The translations under genes and the position numbers were made by a program. A model generated the notes under the pieces. That model did no database searches. It was not told where the DNA came from and saw only the letters and a program-made list of their open reading frames with translations. Shown piece after piece: positions 24,796 to 39,780 of a stretch of 64,000 bases of DNA (the first letter of the stretch is position 1; each line of letters opens with the position of its first letter). Source of the stretch: Cirrosporium novae-zelandiae (taxonomy: Eukaryota); NCBI GenBank assembly GCA_026023565.1, contig JAPETS010000011.1:124001-188000 (forward strand), in the 5' to 3' direction.

Positions 24796-25319
24796 ATGAT
24801 GATGATGATTATTCATTGTTTTATATCTATATATCGCTTAGAAGCTATGATGGACTCTATTTAAGGGTTTTAGACCCCTTTATATCCCTTTTCAGGTTTA
24901 TTTTTAATTAAGATAGTGGGGATTAATCTTTTTAATTCGGTTATATAATTTCCTTTTTTTTTGGTTTCCTAGAATTATTTAATTTATTTAACCGGATAAT
25001 TTTTAGTGTTATTTCGGTGTCCGAATTTTATAAATAAATTTATTCGTATCTATTTTTCGATTTTTGATTTTTGTATTTTATATATATATTTACCCCGTTT
25101 TTTTATTATAGGCCTAATTTTTATCCAATATTTAATTTATTTAAATTTTTTTTTTCCCGTATCCGGGTTTTATCTATTTTTAATTTAGATAGATTTCGCG
25201 ATTTATTTTTTCGTGTTTAATCTAGAACTAAGGCTTTTTTATTTCCGTATTATTTAAAAAACGTATTTAATTTTTCGAAAATCTTCGATTTTTTAATACG
25301 AAAACTAATTTTTTTTTAT
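24796..25319 (-). mobile_element. LINE family A, 3' fragment
   Basis: Begins with the (ATG)n tail plus ATTATTCATTGTTTTAT..TCGCTTAGAAGC, shared with the copies at 25320, 44263, 46646, 54471, 60230 and 61438. Confidence 0.85.
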
Positions 25320-25935
25320 AATGATGATGATTATTCATTATTTTATATTTATATATCGCTTAAAAACTATAACGGACTCTACTCGGGGGTTTTTAGATTT
25401 TTTTATATCTTTTTTCGGGTTTATTTTTAATTACGATAATAGGGGTTACTTTTTTAATTCGGTTATATAGTTTCCTTTTTTTTTTAGGTTTTTTAGAATT
25501 ATTTAATTTATTTAATCGGATAATTTTTTAACGTTATTTCGGTGTTCGTAATTTATAAATAGATTTATTTATATTTATTTTCGATTTTTTTAATTTTTAT
25601 TTACGTATATATTTATCCCGCGTTTTTATTACGGGTCTAATTTTTATTTAATATCTATTTTTGGATCGTTTTTTTTTTCGTATCCGGATTCTATTTATTT
25701 TTAATTTAAATACGTTTCACGATTTTTTATTTCGTATCTGATCTAATATTAGGGTTTCCCTATTTCCGTATCATCTAAAAAACGTATCCAATTTTTAGAA
25801 AATTTTCGGTTTTTTAATACGAATACTAGTTTTTTTTTCGATTATATTAGATTATTGGCCCCCCTATTTTTTTATTATTCCCCGTAAGCGGGTTTTAATT
25901 ATTTTTTAGCGCGGGTATATTAATATTAAATAGAA
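25320..25935 (-). mobile_element. LINE family A, 3' fragment (tandem with the previous copy)
   Basis: Same tail and 3' UTR sequence. Confidence 0.85.
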
Positions 25936-26000
25936 GAACCGGATCGCAGATATTTAATACGCGGACAATAATTTTCTAAAACAGAGATCGAACGGTTTTC

Positions 26001-29000
26001 GGACCCCGCGCTACCAAATCAATTCACTACTGTGACGACCGTTATACGAAATATTTAACGTTTATTTAAGGTTTATAAAATTTAGCAATAGCGGGGAAAT
26101 ATCGGGGGCTAATAAAATACGTGCCGTCAACGAGAATTAAATAGATACGAAAAAGCGACAGCGTTTAAAAAACGAATCGAACGAATTAAAATAAAATTTT
26201 ATAATAAAATCTAGCGATTCAGTATTATAATTTTTATTTTAAAAAAAAAAAAATTAAACGGAAAAATATCGTCGAAAAATTTTATAAAAAAAAAATTTTA
26301 AAAAAAAATAAATTAATAATCGGAATATTTTAATTAAATAAATAATTAAATATATAATAATATATATATTTCCCGTAATCGAAAAAAAAAAATATTAGAT
26401 TTTAAAAATTAACAATTTTATAATATAATTACGAGAAATATTTTTCGATTTAAAAATCTAAATAATCGTTTTAGAAGAACGAAATAATAAAATTATAAAA
26501 ATTTAAAAAAAAAATAAAAAAAATTATATATAATTAAATAAAAATTTTTAATAATTAAAAAAATAATTATAATAATAATCCAAATATTATAAATTTAAAT
26601 AAAAATTATAGAAATTATATATAACGGAACGAAAAATTTTATAAATAAAAATTATATAATTCTAATAATTAAATCTGAATAAATAATAAAAAAAAAAAAA
26701 TAATATTTTTTTTAATAATATTCCGAGCGGATATAATAACCGGATTATAGATATTTAATACGCGGATAATAATATAAACGAATAAAAAAATCTAGAAAAA
26801 TTTTTAATAAACGGCAAAAATTAAATAAAAAATTTTATTATTAATACCGAAAACCCCGAAATATATTTTTATAAAAATAACGCCGGAATTTACGGGATTT
26901 ATTATATTAAAATAATCAGTAGAATAATAAATAAATTTAATAAAAAATAATAAATAATTAAACCCCGTAAAAAAAAACGTACTGGTTCCGCAGACGGGGA
27001 TATAAAAATTAAAAATCAGAAAATATTGATTTTTAATAGAAAAAAAACTAAATATTCGGGCTTTACGATATTAATAATAACGGCGATCAATATTAAATTA
27101 ATTAATTTAAATATACCGCCTGAATTATAAATACGGAAAATTTATATTAATAAAAAAAATAATTTAAAAATTATATTTAATAAAAAAATTAATACGAATA
27201 TATTAATATTTAAATATAAATAAAAAATTTTAAAAATTATAACGAAAATAAATAATACGATAATAAATATATATTTATTAAAAATTTTATATTAAATAAA
27301 AATATAAAAAATATTTTTAAAAATATTTAAAAATTTAAAAAAATTAAATTTAATAAAAAATAATTTAAAAAATATTTATTTATTATTCCGAAATACGATA
27401 ATTATATAAATAACGCCGGAAAAATATTATTAAAAACGGGTACGAATCGGGCTCGTATTAAAAAAATATATTATTTTAATTAAAATAGATTTTCCGTTAA
27501 TAATATATAAAAAATAAAGAATTAAAAATTATTATTTAATAAAATATAAATTTCGATATATCCAATAATTTATATTAAAAATAAATAAAATATATTTAAA
27601 ATATATTTAATTAAAATATAAATTGTTTTTGGAATATAAAAATAAGGCCTCTAAATATACGATATACGCGGAAATATACGAAATATAAAATTATTAATAT
27701 CGGATAATAAAATATAAATTTATTTATATAAGGGTTTATATATATATTCTATTAAAATATATAAACTATCTAAACCCTTATATAATTACAGACGGAAAAT
27801 ATCCAGCGACCCGAAAAATAAGGGCAGAATATACGAAAAAAAAACGCCGAAAAAACGTTATATAATTATTTTACGTACTGGTTTTTTTAAAAAAAAAATG
27901 AATTTATAAAATTTTAATTAAAAATTAAAAACCCCTGTATTAAAAATCTAAAAAAAAATAAAAGAAAAAATATATATAATACCCGAAATATCGATAATAT
28001 CGAAAATATCGATAATATTTATATCGTAAATAAATTATTTATATAAATGACGCGTTTTTAATAACGTTTATAAAAAAATAAAATTTAATTATATAAAACG
28101 ATATTATTTAAAATATTTAATTCGAAAAAAAATCGATTTATTATTTAATAATTAATTTAATAATAATTAATTTTATTATAAAATTATTTTAATAATAATT
28201 AATAAATACGGTAATCGATAATATAAATAATAAATTAAAAATTAATTTAGATTACGTTTTTATTTAATTCGAATAAAAAAATTAACGTTTAAAAATAAAT
28301 TAATTAATCCCGAATTTATAAAATTTAAAACCGTTAAAAAATTTTTAATAATAAATTAAAATTAAATAAAAATAGAAATTCTGATTAATTACGAAAAATA
28401 TATTAATCGTAAATTATACGGAATCGTAATTAAAAAATAAAATATAAAAAATTATTATTTAATTAAAAATTATTTTAAATAAATACGTAAAATCTAAACG
28501 GATATACGTTTAATCGAAATATAATTAATATATTTACGTATTTAATATATCGAATAAAAAAAAATTTAATTAAAAATAAATAATTTATATTTTATTTATA
28601 AATATTAAAAAAATATTTAATTATATATTATAATTTAAATTAATATAATATTTAAAATAATTAAAAATCGATAAAAATATTATTAAATAAATAATTAATT
28701 TTATAATTTAATAAAATATCGAATTAATAATTAATAAAAAAATATAATTCCGAATTAATATAGAAACGGGGATATTATAAAAATTATTTATATTTTTAAT
28801 ATTATTTTTAATATATTATAGCGGGTTATTCGTAATCGTAGAATAAATAATTTTTAGAATTAAAATTCTATTATTTATAGACGACGTAAATTTTTTAATT
28901 ATTTATATAGATAATAAATAAATTTAGAAAATTATTTAATAAATAATAAAAACGGCGATCTAATAAAAAAAAATAAATTAGAATTCGATATTTAAAAAAT

Positions 29001-30960
29001 TAAAATTATAATTTTTTTTAGATTACGTAAATATTAAATTTAAATAAATATTAAATTGAAAATTAAAATCGATAATTATTTAATCGAATATAAAAAAAAT
29101 TATATACGATAATTAAATATATAATTAAATCCGAAATTTAATTTTTGAATTTATTATATTTAATAATTAATTAAAATCCGATATATAAAAAATATAATTA
29201 AATATATATATTATTAAAATAAATTATTTACGGAATTTACGCGTTAAATAATTATAACGATTATAATATTAATTTATATATATAAATATAAAATTTAATA
29301 AAAAAAATAAATCGATTATTAAATAGAATTTTAAAAATTATTAAATAAATTTATTAAATTAATAATAAAAATTTATAAAATAATTTTAATAATAATAATT
29401 ATATAAAAAATTTATATATATGCCGTAAATATAATATTAAATACCGTATAAAAAAATATAAATTTCGATATTTTTAAAAAATTAAAAAAAATTCAACGAA
29501 TCTAATATTATTGATAATATTTAAAATAAAAAATATAAATATTTAATTAAAAAAATAACTATTAAAAAATTAAAAAAAAAAGATTAAATTAATATTTAAT
29601 TATAACGATAATCTAAAAAATAATAAATTTAAATTTTAAAATCGAAAAAATTTAAATAATCGAAAAAAATAGATTTTTAAAAAAAAAATAATATTTTTAA
29701 AATAATAAATTTTTAACGAAATATTAATATAAAATTAAAAAAATATATATTAATCGAATAAATTTAAATTAAATAATCGTAAAATAAAAACGGGGATAAT
29801 TTAAAAAATAATCGAAAAAATCCTATATATAATACGGAAATATTATTTCAATTAAAATAAAAAAATATTCGATATAAAATTTTAAAAAATATAAATAATT
29901 TTAAAAATAACGATTAAAATAAATTTAAATATTTAAATAATGCCCGAAAAAATAATAATATTATTATTCGATTCGCAAACAGCGATTAAATAAATCGAAA
30001 AAAAAAATTAAATAATTATATGAAGGATATCTAAATATATTAAATATTTAATTAATTAAAAAACGAAAATCGTAATTAAATAAATTTTAAAATATTATAA
30101 AATATTTAGGAACGAAATAATAAATTAAATAATTAAAATAAACGTAATATTAAAAAATAATAAAATAATTAAATAAATTTCGTTAATTTATATAATCCGT
30201 AATATAACCGAAAAATAAATTATAAAAACGTATAATTAATTATATAATTAAAAAATAAAATATATTATTATTCAAAAATATATATATTATACGAAAATTA
30301 TTATTATTTTGGAATATTAATAATATAGAATTTTATATTAACATATTTTTATTTAATATTAATATATCCGCGGTAGAAAATAATTAGGACCCGTTTACGG
30401 AATATAATAGAAAAATAGAAGGAATAATAATTTAATATAATTGATAAAAAAAAAATAGTTTTCGTATTAAAAAACCGAAAACTTTTAAAAAATTAAATAC
30501 GTTTTTTAAATAATATAAGAATAAAAAAACTTTAATTCTAAATTAAATACGAAAAAATAAATTATGAAATTTATTTAAACTAAAAATAGATAAAACCCGG
30601 ATACGAAAAAAAATCTAAATAAATCAGATATTAAATAAAAATTGGGCCCGTAATAAAAAAAACGGGATAAACGTATAAATAAAACGCAAAAACCAAAAAT
30701 CGAAAATAAATACGAATAAATCTATTTATAGAGCTCGGACACCGAAATAATATTAAAAATTATTCGATTAAATAAATCAAATAATTCTAGAAAACCAACG
30801 AAAAAAAAATTATATAACCGAATCAAAAAAATTAAGCTCTATTATTTTAATTAAAAATAAACCCGAAAAAAAATATAAAAAATCTCAAAACCCCTAAATA
30901 AAGTCCGTTATAATTCCTAAACGATATATAGATATAAAACAATAAATAATTATTATTATT
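26001..30960 (+). mobile_element. LINE family A, near full-length, heavily RIPed, with internal deletions
   Basis: 5' end GACCCCGCG.ACCAAATCAATTCACTA matches 47532; degenerate RT (ATAGACGACGT ~28878), RNase H DSQTA (~29970), RIPed tail at 30960. Confidence 0.9.
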
Positions 30961-32760
30961 AAATTATAACGGACTCTATTTAAAGGTTTTAAAAATTTTT
31001 TATATTTTCTTTCGGGTTTATTTTTAATTAAAATAATAGGGGTTAATCCCCTTAATTCGGTTATATAGTTTCCCTTTTTTTGGTTTTCTAGAATTATTTA
31101 ATTTATTTAACTAGATAATTTTTAGCGTTATTTCAATATCCAAATCTTATAAATAAATATATTTATATCTATTTTCGATTTTTAGTTTTTACGTTTTATA
31201 TATATATTCACCCCGTTTATTTATTATAGGCCCAATTTTTATTTAATATTTGATTTATTTAAAAAAAAAATTTCCCCGTATTCGGGTTTTATTTATTTTT
31301 AATCTAAATAAATTTTATAATTTATTTTTTTATTTTTAATTTTTTAAATATATATTTTAATATCGGATTTTTTTTTATATTTTAAATATATTCGATAAAA
31401 TTTATTAAATAATTTTTTCATTTTTTAATATTATATTTATTTTAGCCGTTTGATTTATTATTTTTGTTTTTAAATATTTTATAATATTTTAAAATGTATT
31501 TAATTATAATTTTCGTTTTTTTTAATTAATTAAATATTTAATATAATTATATATTATTTATACGATTATTTAATTTTTTTTTAATTTTTTTTTTAATTTA
31601 TTTAATCACTCTCTGCGAATCGAATAATATTATTTTTTTATTTAAAAATTATTTAAATATTTAGATTTATTTTGGCTGTTATTTCTAAAATTATTTATAT
31701 CCCCCAAAATTTTATATCGAATATTTTTTTATTTTGACAGAAATAATATTTCCATATTATTCACGGGGCTTTTTCGGCTATTTTTTAGGCTACCCCCGCC
31801 CCTATTTTGCGGTCGTTTAATCTAGATTTATCCGATTAATATACGTTTTTCCAATCCTGCGTTAGCGTCTCGCTGAAAGCCTGTTATTCGGGAAATATTA
31901 TTATTTCTTTCGGTTATTTAGGTTTTTTCGATTTTAAAATTCGGATTTATAATCTTTTAGGCTGTCGTTATAACTAAATATTAATTTAACGTATCTTTTT
32001 TTATTTTCTAGGTTTATTAGAAATTTTCCAGTAATTATTTTTTTAATTAAACGCCTGCGTCCTTTATTTTTAGTATTATAGATAATATTAGGTTCGTTAA
32101 ATTTTTTTCGGTTTTTTAGAAACAACGAAATCTATATCTTTTTATACGATATTTAATATTACGTTTGCGGGATATACATAAATTTTTTATATAACCGTTA
32201 TTATTAAAACTATTTTATAAAACTTTATTATTAATTTTATAAATTTATTTAATAATTTTTAAAATTTTATTTAATACCCGATTTATTTTTTTTATTAGAA
32301 ATTATTTATTCTACACCTGCGAATAGCCCGCTCTAATATATTAAAAATAATATTAGAAATACAAACGATTTTCATAATATTCCCGTTTTTATATTAATCC
32401 GGGGTTATATTTTTCCGTCGATTATTAATTTTACGTTTCGTTAAATTATAAAATTAATTATTTATTTAATAATATTTTTATCGATTTTTAATTATTTTGA
32501 ATAATATATTAATTTAAATTATAATATATAATTAAACGTTTTTTTAACGTTTATAAATAAAATATAAATTATTTATTTTTTTTAAATATTTTTTTATTCG
32601 ATATATTAAATATATAGATATATTAATTATATTTTAATTATATTTTAATTTAAATTAATATTTATATAATTTATTTAGATTTTTATATATATTCGTTAAT
32701 ATATTAATTATAATTTTTAATTAATATTTTATCGTTTTTTTTAAATTTAAATAATAATAT
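30961..32760 (-). mobile_element. LINE family A, 3' portion, inverted against the previous copy
   Basis: Reverse complement of family-A 3' UTR, RNase H and RT parts; lacks the terminal tail. Confidence 0.8.
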
Positions 32761-34270
32761 TTTCTAAATATATTTTTATTATACAAATTATCGTGAAATA
32801 TTTAATTAATTTTTTAAATATATATTCTATTTTATCAGATTATTGAAATAATTCTATTTTTCTTTTATATTTTTATTAATATATATTTGAAATATAATAA
32901 AAACGTTAATTAATCTAAATAATATAATTAAATATTTAAAATCTTTATAATATATACGAAAAATGATCTTTTATACGTCGTTCTATTTTATATAAATCCG
33001 ATAATATACGTTTTTTATATTTAATTTAATAAATATAATTATTTCCGATAATTTATTAATATTTTTTTAATTAAAAATAATAAATAACTATTATTAATTA
33101 TATTTTTATCAGATTTTTTATAATTAACGTATAAACGTAAATTGTTATTATTTTTTTTATAAACAAAATAAGAACTCTTCTGAATACTTTCGATTTTCGA
33201 ATCCAGTTTTTTTTTAGATTATTATCAATATATTAATATAATATACGTAATTTAATTATTAGTAATATATATATCGATTTCATATATTATTTTAATTTAT
33301 ATTAAAAAGTTTTAATTAATATTTTTTATAAATATATTTTAGAATTCTAAATATTTTAAAAAAAGAATTATAATCATTATTTCGGTCGTATATAATTTTG
33401 TATTGAAATAATTATTATACGTTTTTCGTATATATTAAAATTTGATATTTGAATTTTCTTTTTAGCGGTAGTTTTTATAAAATCTATAATCGTTAACGTA
33501 ATTGATATCGATATTAAATAATATTATTTTTTTCATTTTTATCGATAAATAAATATTTTCAAATAATATCGTATTCTCCAATATTAGTAATTTAAAAAAT
33601 CTATTAATATTTTTTATTGAAAATTTATATATTCATAATGTTGATACAAATAAAATATTAAATATAAATTAAAATAATATGTTTGTTAATTATATAAATT
33701 TTACTTTTTTTATTTATAATAAAAATAATTTATTCTTATTTGTTTTAGATTTCGTGATCGGTTTCCGGTTATTGCGATTATTTTTCGTATACGATATTTT
33801 TTAAATATTAATTTGGATTATAATTGCTTTTTTTAAGATTTTTTCGGATCGTTAAATAATGATAATAATATCCTTTTTATTTTTTATTTTATGATGGTCT
33901 TATATAATTTTATTACGTAATTCAGATTTTAATTTTATTATTAAATCAGAAATTCTTTTTGAATGATTTTTACGATTATCTATTGGTATATTTTTTTTAG
34001 TGTTTTGAAAATAATAAACAAATTTTTCAATATTCAGGTTCGAATACTGCTTTGCTTTATTATATTTCAAAATTACGTTTAATTAGCGATTCGTAGGATT
34101 TTTAATAATATTACGAATTTACTATAGATATTCAACTAAAAAACTTCAAGGAAATATTCCATTTAATTAATTAACTATTCTGAAAGAGTTGTAGGGTTAA
34201 GTATTTAGGTAGAGCTGTGGGTAGAGGATGTAAGGGGCTTAGGGCGGCTATAGGAATTATATCGTATATA
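32760..34270 (-). mobile_element. Degenerate LINE (family C-like) fragment
   Basis: Minus strand reads PETDHEI (~33750, endonuclease SDH-like) and a TGF..R RT-like remnant (~33190); ends in the spacer shared with 45839-45927. Confidence 0.45.
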
Positions 34271-34359
34271 ACATTTAAATAAATAAATAAATACATAATT
34301 CTTGAAATAAATAAGTGAATTAATAAATTAAAAATAAAAAAATTAAAAAAATAATTAAA

Positions 34360-37300
34360 TTAAAAATTTCAGGAAAATCAAAATAATTTTCGAATAAATA
34401 TCAAAATTTAGTTCCCGTAATTATAACTTTAATATTAAAGTATTCGAATTTTATTAGCCTAATTTTATTTCGTAACGAAATTAGAAAATTAAAAATTAAG
34501 ATTTCAAAAATAAATTTATATAGTTCTAGAAACAAAGCTAGAAAAATCAAAAAGTTTTTTTGGATAAATTAATAAATTAAAATTTTACGGAAATCATGTA
34601 GTACGAGAAACTGTATTTTAAAAAAGATTATTTTAATTAAAAAAAATATCCACGAAATAAATAATTCAAAATTATTTAATTTTTAGACCGATTGTATTTA
34701 CATTCCATATTTAAAAAATAAAAAATTTAATTTATAATTATTTTTTTTATATAATATAAAAAGGTTTTATTGTATATAAATAAAATTGCAAATATTACAA
34801 AAGACTTTTAAAAAATCGAAAATTATATAAAAATTGTGGATTATCTACAAAAACAAAAAAATTAGAAAAATAAAATATCCGTTTTAAAAAATTAAAAAAA
34901 TTAATTTGATTAAACTTAAAAATTGATAATAAAAATGAGTAATACCGTAGTTAATTTGGAATAGAATCAAAATTAAAATTAAATCTATATCGAAATAGTT
35001 GAAAAACTTTTTTAAAATCAAAAAATTTTAAAAGGATGTATCTATTACAACAAAGAGCAAAAATTAAAAAAATATTAATAAAATTAATGTTCGTGATTAA
35101 TAATTAATTCTATGAATCGAAAATGATCGATCGTTTTGAAAATTCGATTAATTAATCGATTCAATTATTAATTAGTAAAAAAAGAAATTCGGAACGAAGT
35201 ATATTAAACATTTTCGAAAAGTCTATATACGGAAAGTTCAGTCCTAATTGCAATAGAAATTTGATTTTAATGATTATCGATAAATTCAATTCAGAACTTT
35301 TGTTAAAAAATTCGAATATATAAATTGAATGTTTTTATTCCGAAAAAGCCAAAAAAAATAAAAAAGATTTTAAATTAATAATATTATATTTTATATTATT
35401 TATTTATTGGGGCCGAATCGGTAAAAACTAATTATTTTTACGAAATTATTAAAAATTATGAATACAAACATTGCCTAAAATTTAGATATTCGGAAATAAT
35501 TTATAAAAATAAGTTTAATTACGGAATGTATATAAAATTTTATCTATACGAAATTTGTAATTACAAAAACTAAAAATACGAATATTTAAAATTAGAATAC
35601 TCAAATTACAAAAATACCGAAAGTCACGGCGCGTCCGACCAGAAATACCCCAAATTTAATAAAACTTTGAATTTATATTTACTGCAAAAAACCGGACAAA
35701 GTATATCCGAAACCGCCTCTAAATATCAAAAACTAAATAAAAAATCGAATATTAATAAATTATAATAATTATTATTGTAATATAATTCAATATAATATTT
35801 TTTAAAATAATAAAAAAATATATATTATTCTAAAATACGGAAAGAAATAAAATATTAAATTTTTATATATTTAAAAACCTTTTACAAAATAAAATAATGA
35901 ATTAAATTAATATACGATCTAATATCCTAATTTCATTATAATGTTGCTCCCAAATCCTGAAAAGATTCAATCTAAAATTTTGATTTTTATAAATAAAAAT
36001 AATAAATTTCAATATTTTTTAAAACCGGATTTAAATCAAAAGTCCGATGTTATTATTCTAGATATTCAAATATTTTATTAAAAACCCAAATTATAAATAT
36101 TTATAATAAAAAAACTTTAATAAAAACTTCAATTACAAAATCAAATAAATATATTTTCTAAAGTTTTTTTGAAAAATTCACTAAAATTCGAAAATAAAAT
36201 CAACCGCCGCACGCTATTTTCAAAAAATTTAAATTTGTATTATAAATAATAGACTTCGAAAATCAAAAATGTAATTCGATCAAAATATCTAATAAATTAA
36301 TCAAATAAATCCGAATTTAAATTAATTAATATATCTAACACCCTAATTTTCTGTAAAAATATCAAAAATCTATATTAAATTTAATTTCCATAAATTTCGA
36401 AAATAATTCAATAAAATGAAAAATATGTAACGAAAAATCGGATTCAGATTATAAAATAATTGAAATATCGTTAAATATAAAAAATACCGAATTTATGAAT
36501 AACCCAGAATTTCAAACCCTATTCAATTTCGAAAAAACAAAATAGAATAGTTTTTAGACGGATTTGATTAATTTAAATCGGACCGACGCGGTTTTGAATG
36601 AAAAAACTCTAGATTTTTAATTAAAATTAAATCTAAATTTAAATACTACGACCCGATAATTACCCGACACATAATTACAAAAGTTAGAATGTATAATTTT
36701 AAAAACGACTAATACAAATATTCTATATGGAAAATTCAATTTTAAATGAACGAAATTAGTGGTTATCCGAATTAATTACATTACGGTATAAATTTTCAAA
36801 AATGTCATATAAAATCTACTGATATCTAATTTTTGAAAATCGTGAAATTGCTAATTTATTAAAAAATCAAAATTTTACTAAAATTAAATAAACTAAATTC
36901 AAAGAAAACCATTTTTTAAAAGTTTTTCCAGCCCTACAATTTTATAAAGATCCAAAAAATTGAAAAATTGCCGCCTATTTATTATAAATCAAAAAAATAA
37001 TAAAAATAAAATTATAATAAATTTCTAAAATAAATACGAGATTTTTATAAAAACCCGTATTTTTTAAACCGCCGAAACAGACCCCCTAAATTTATTAATT
37101 TAAAAATTATATAAATAATTAACCAAAACTCTTTTAATAAAACCTCGGATACCGATAAAATTAATTTTTTATTTATTTAAAAATCTGATAAAAATTTGAT
37201 AAAAATATTTAATAAAATATTGAAAATACTATTAAATAAAATCAATAAAATAATAATAATAATAAGTTTAGGATTTTTCGCTGAAATCACCGATTTATGA

Positions 37301-39780
37301 AATAATTCCTAAATTAGCGGCCGATTATAAAAATCGGTTATAAACGCGGCTCTATTGTTAATTAATAATATTCAAGAAAATAAAAATAAAAAATAAATTA
37401 CTTTGATATTATTTATAAATATTAAAAACGTTTTTGATTATATTTCAAAAAATCAATTATTAAAAATTGATATTAAATTAGGTTTTTCTATATTTATTTA
37501 TAAATAGATTTCTTGTTTGTTATCCAAGAAAAAATATAATTAACATTCCACGGCGAAAAATAGCAATTTATTAAAAATATTGAAATAGGAATCCTTTAAA
37601 AATTATAAATATTCCCGATTTTATTTTAATTATATATAAAATTGTTATTCGATTATCCTAATTTCAATTAAATTTAAATATTTAATTAATTAATAATATA
37701 AATAATATAATTTTATTAATCTCGTTTAAATCAATAAAAGAAATTATAAAGTTTTAAAAAGATTAATGAAAATTTTGTTTGAATAAAGGTTTAAGAATAT
37801 TATTGAATTCGATTAAAACAAAACTGGATTAATATATTTTTTTACCCGCAAAGCCTAGCGAAAATACGGGATAAAATTTACAGATTTCATAATTATTCCA
37901 GAAAATCAAGTAAAATATCTAGGAATTTATTTTATATAGAATCTTAATTGGAAAACTTATATAAAAAATAAAATAAATATAATCCAAAAAATCTATTTTA
38001 TAATAAAACGATTAATTAATATAAATCGAGGCCGGTTTTTTAATATATTAAAATAATTATATATTATATATGAATTTAATTATTAATTATGAAGTCCTAT
38101 TTTAATAATAAAATTAAAAGAATTTATTATATTTATTTTAAAAATTAAAAAATTCGGTTTTAAAAATAATATTAAAGGCCTTTCAGATTAGCTTTAATAA
38201 GGCCCTGAAAATTAAATACGTTCTATTACTTTTAAAAATCCGCTTTTATAAAATTTATAAAAATTATATAATCCGAATTCTAATATTAAAAAATAATTAC
38301 CTAATTCGGCAGAAAATAAATATTTATTTTAATAAAATTGTAAAACAATTCGAATTTAATTCGGGAAATACCAATTCGTCGGCGGCCGATACGGCGGCCG
38401 ATAGCGTTTATAACCCTCGATCGAACCGAGAAATTAGAAATTCGAAAAAAACGAAAATCCAAAAATATACAACCAATAATAGAAATTTAATTGAAACAAG
38501 TATTAAATTTAATTAAAAACATTATTTAAAATAATAAATTCAAAAAATGGAAATATCAAAAATAATGCCCTAAAAGAAATTAAATATAATTAATTTTTTT
38601 ATTAATTTAAATAATAAAATAAAAACTACGAAATATGATTTAAAATTAATACAAAAATTAAAAAAACCGAAAAGAAAGTCGATTTATTATATAGATCGAT
38701 CGAAATTAAATAAATATATCGGAACGGGTATGTTTTATAAAAATCGAAATTATACAAAATTATAGGATTTAAAATAAAGAACCGAAATTTACGATACAAA
38801 ATTATTTATTATCGAAAAAACCCTAAAAAACGCCCTAAGAAATTCAAAATTTCAAAATCAAAATAAATTATTTTAAAATATTCAAGTATTCTAAATAATC
38901 AAACAGCAATACAACGGTTTCAAAATTAAAAAAAATAAATTAAACCCATTTTTTGCAATAAAAATTAGAAAATCAGCCAAATTTTATTACAATAAATTAT
39001 ATTAAACGAATTACAAAAAATAAAATTTTAGACGAATAAATAGAAAATTAAAATCTAATACTATTTAAAAATAAAAACCAAATTTATTTTAAAACCGCGC
39101 CGAAATTCAGTTTCAAAATTAAAAAATTCAATGTAAAAAAGATTAATTCCACGGTTTATATTTAATTAAAAATTAGATATAAGTTTTTCCAGTTATATTT
39201 TAATCGAATATTTAATATAAATTTAAATTATATATACGGCTATCCCTAAATATTATTATATCTAATTTTTTTATACAAGAAGTATTCTTTAAAAAAAATC
39301 AAATAAAAAAAAATTGAAAATTTTAATTTTAATTAGAATTATTTAATATATTCGAATTAAAATATTGCTTTAACCCTAGAATTTATTGAAAAAACAAATA
39401 TATTTATATAAAAATAATGGAACAATCAGACACAAAACGAACTAAAAAATAAATTACATTTATTTGAAATAATTAAACTACTATTTCTATTTATTTTATT
39501 TGTTTAGGGACCGGACGCAGCGGAAAAATAACGGGAAAAAACGGGCCAAAATATAATAGGCCCGTAATAAAATAATAAAGAAAATAAGGGAAATATAATA
39601 TTTCTATTGGTTTATTGAATTCGTTATATAAAAAATATTATACACGTACAATAAAGATATAAAAATAATTATAAAATAATTAAATATAAATATTAAAAAA
39701 AATATAAAACATTTTGTATAAAAAGACTTCTAGTATATAAATATTATACATATACTACGGCCATTAATAATAATAATAAA
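34360..39780 (+). mobile_element. LINE family B, near full-length, RIPed
   Basis: ORF1 Cys-knuckle remnants (~35470-35650), endonuclease SD(H) remnant (~36440), RT region, RNase H YTDGS-like remnant (~38690), (TAA)n tail at ~39765-39780. Homologous to pieces at 46290-46645, 47308-47485, 53474-54470 and 59915-60200. Confidence 0.75.

Noticed and set aside
34191..34200. TAGGGTTA motifs (also ~24780 and ~45850) resembling telomere repeats
   Set aside because: Single units, not tandem TTAGGG arrays.
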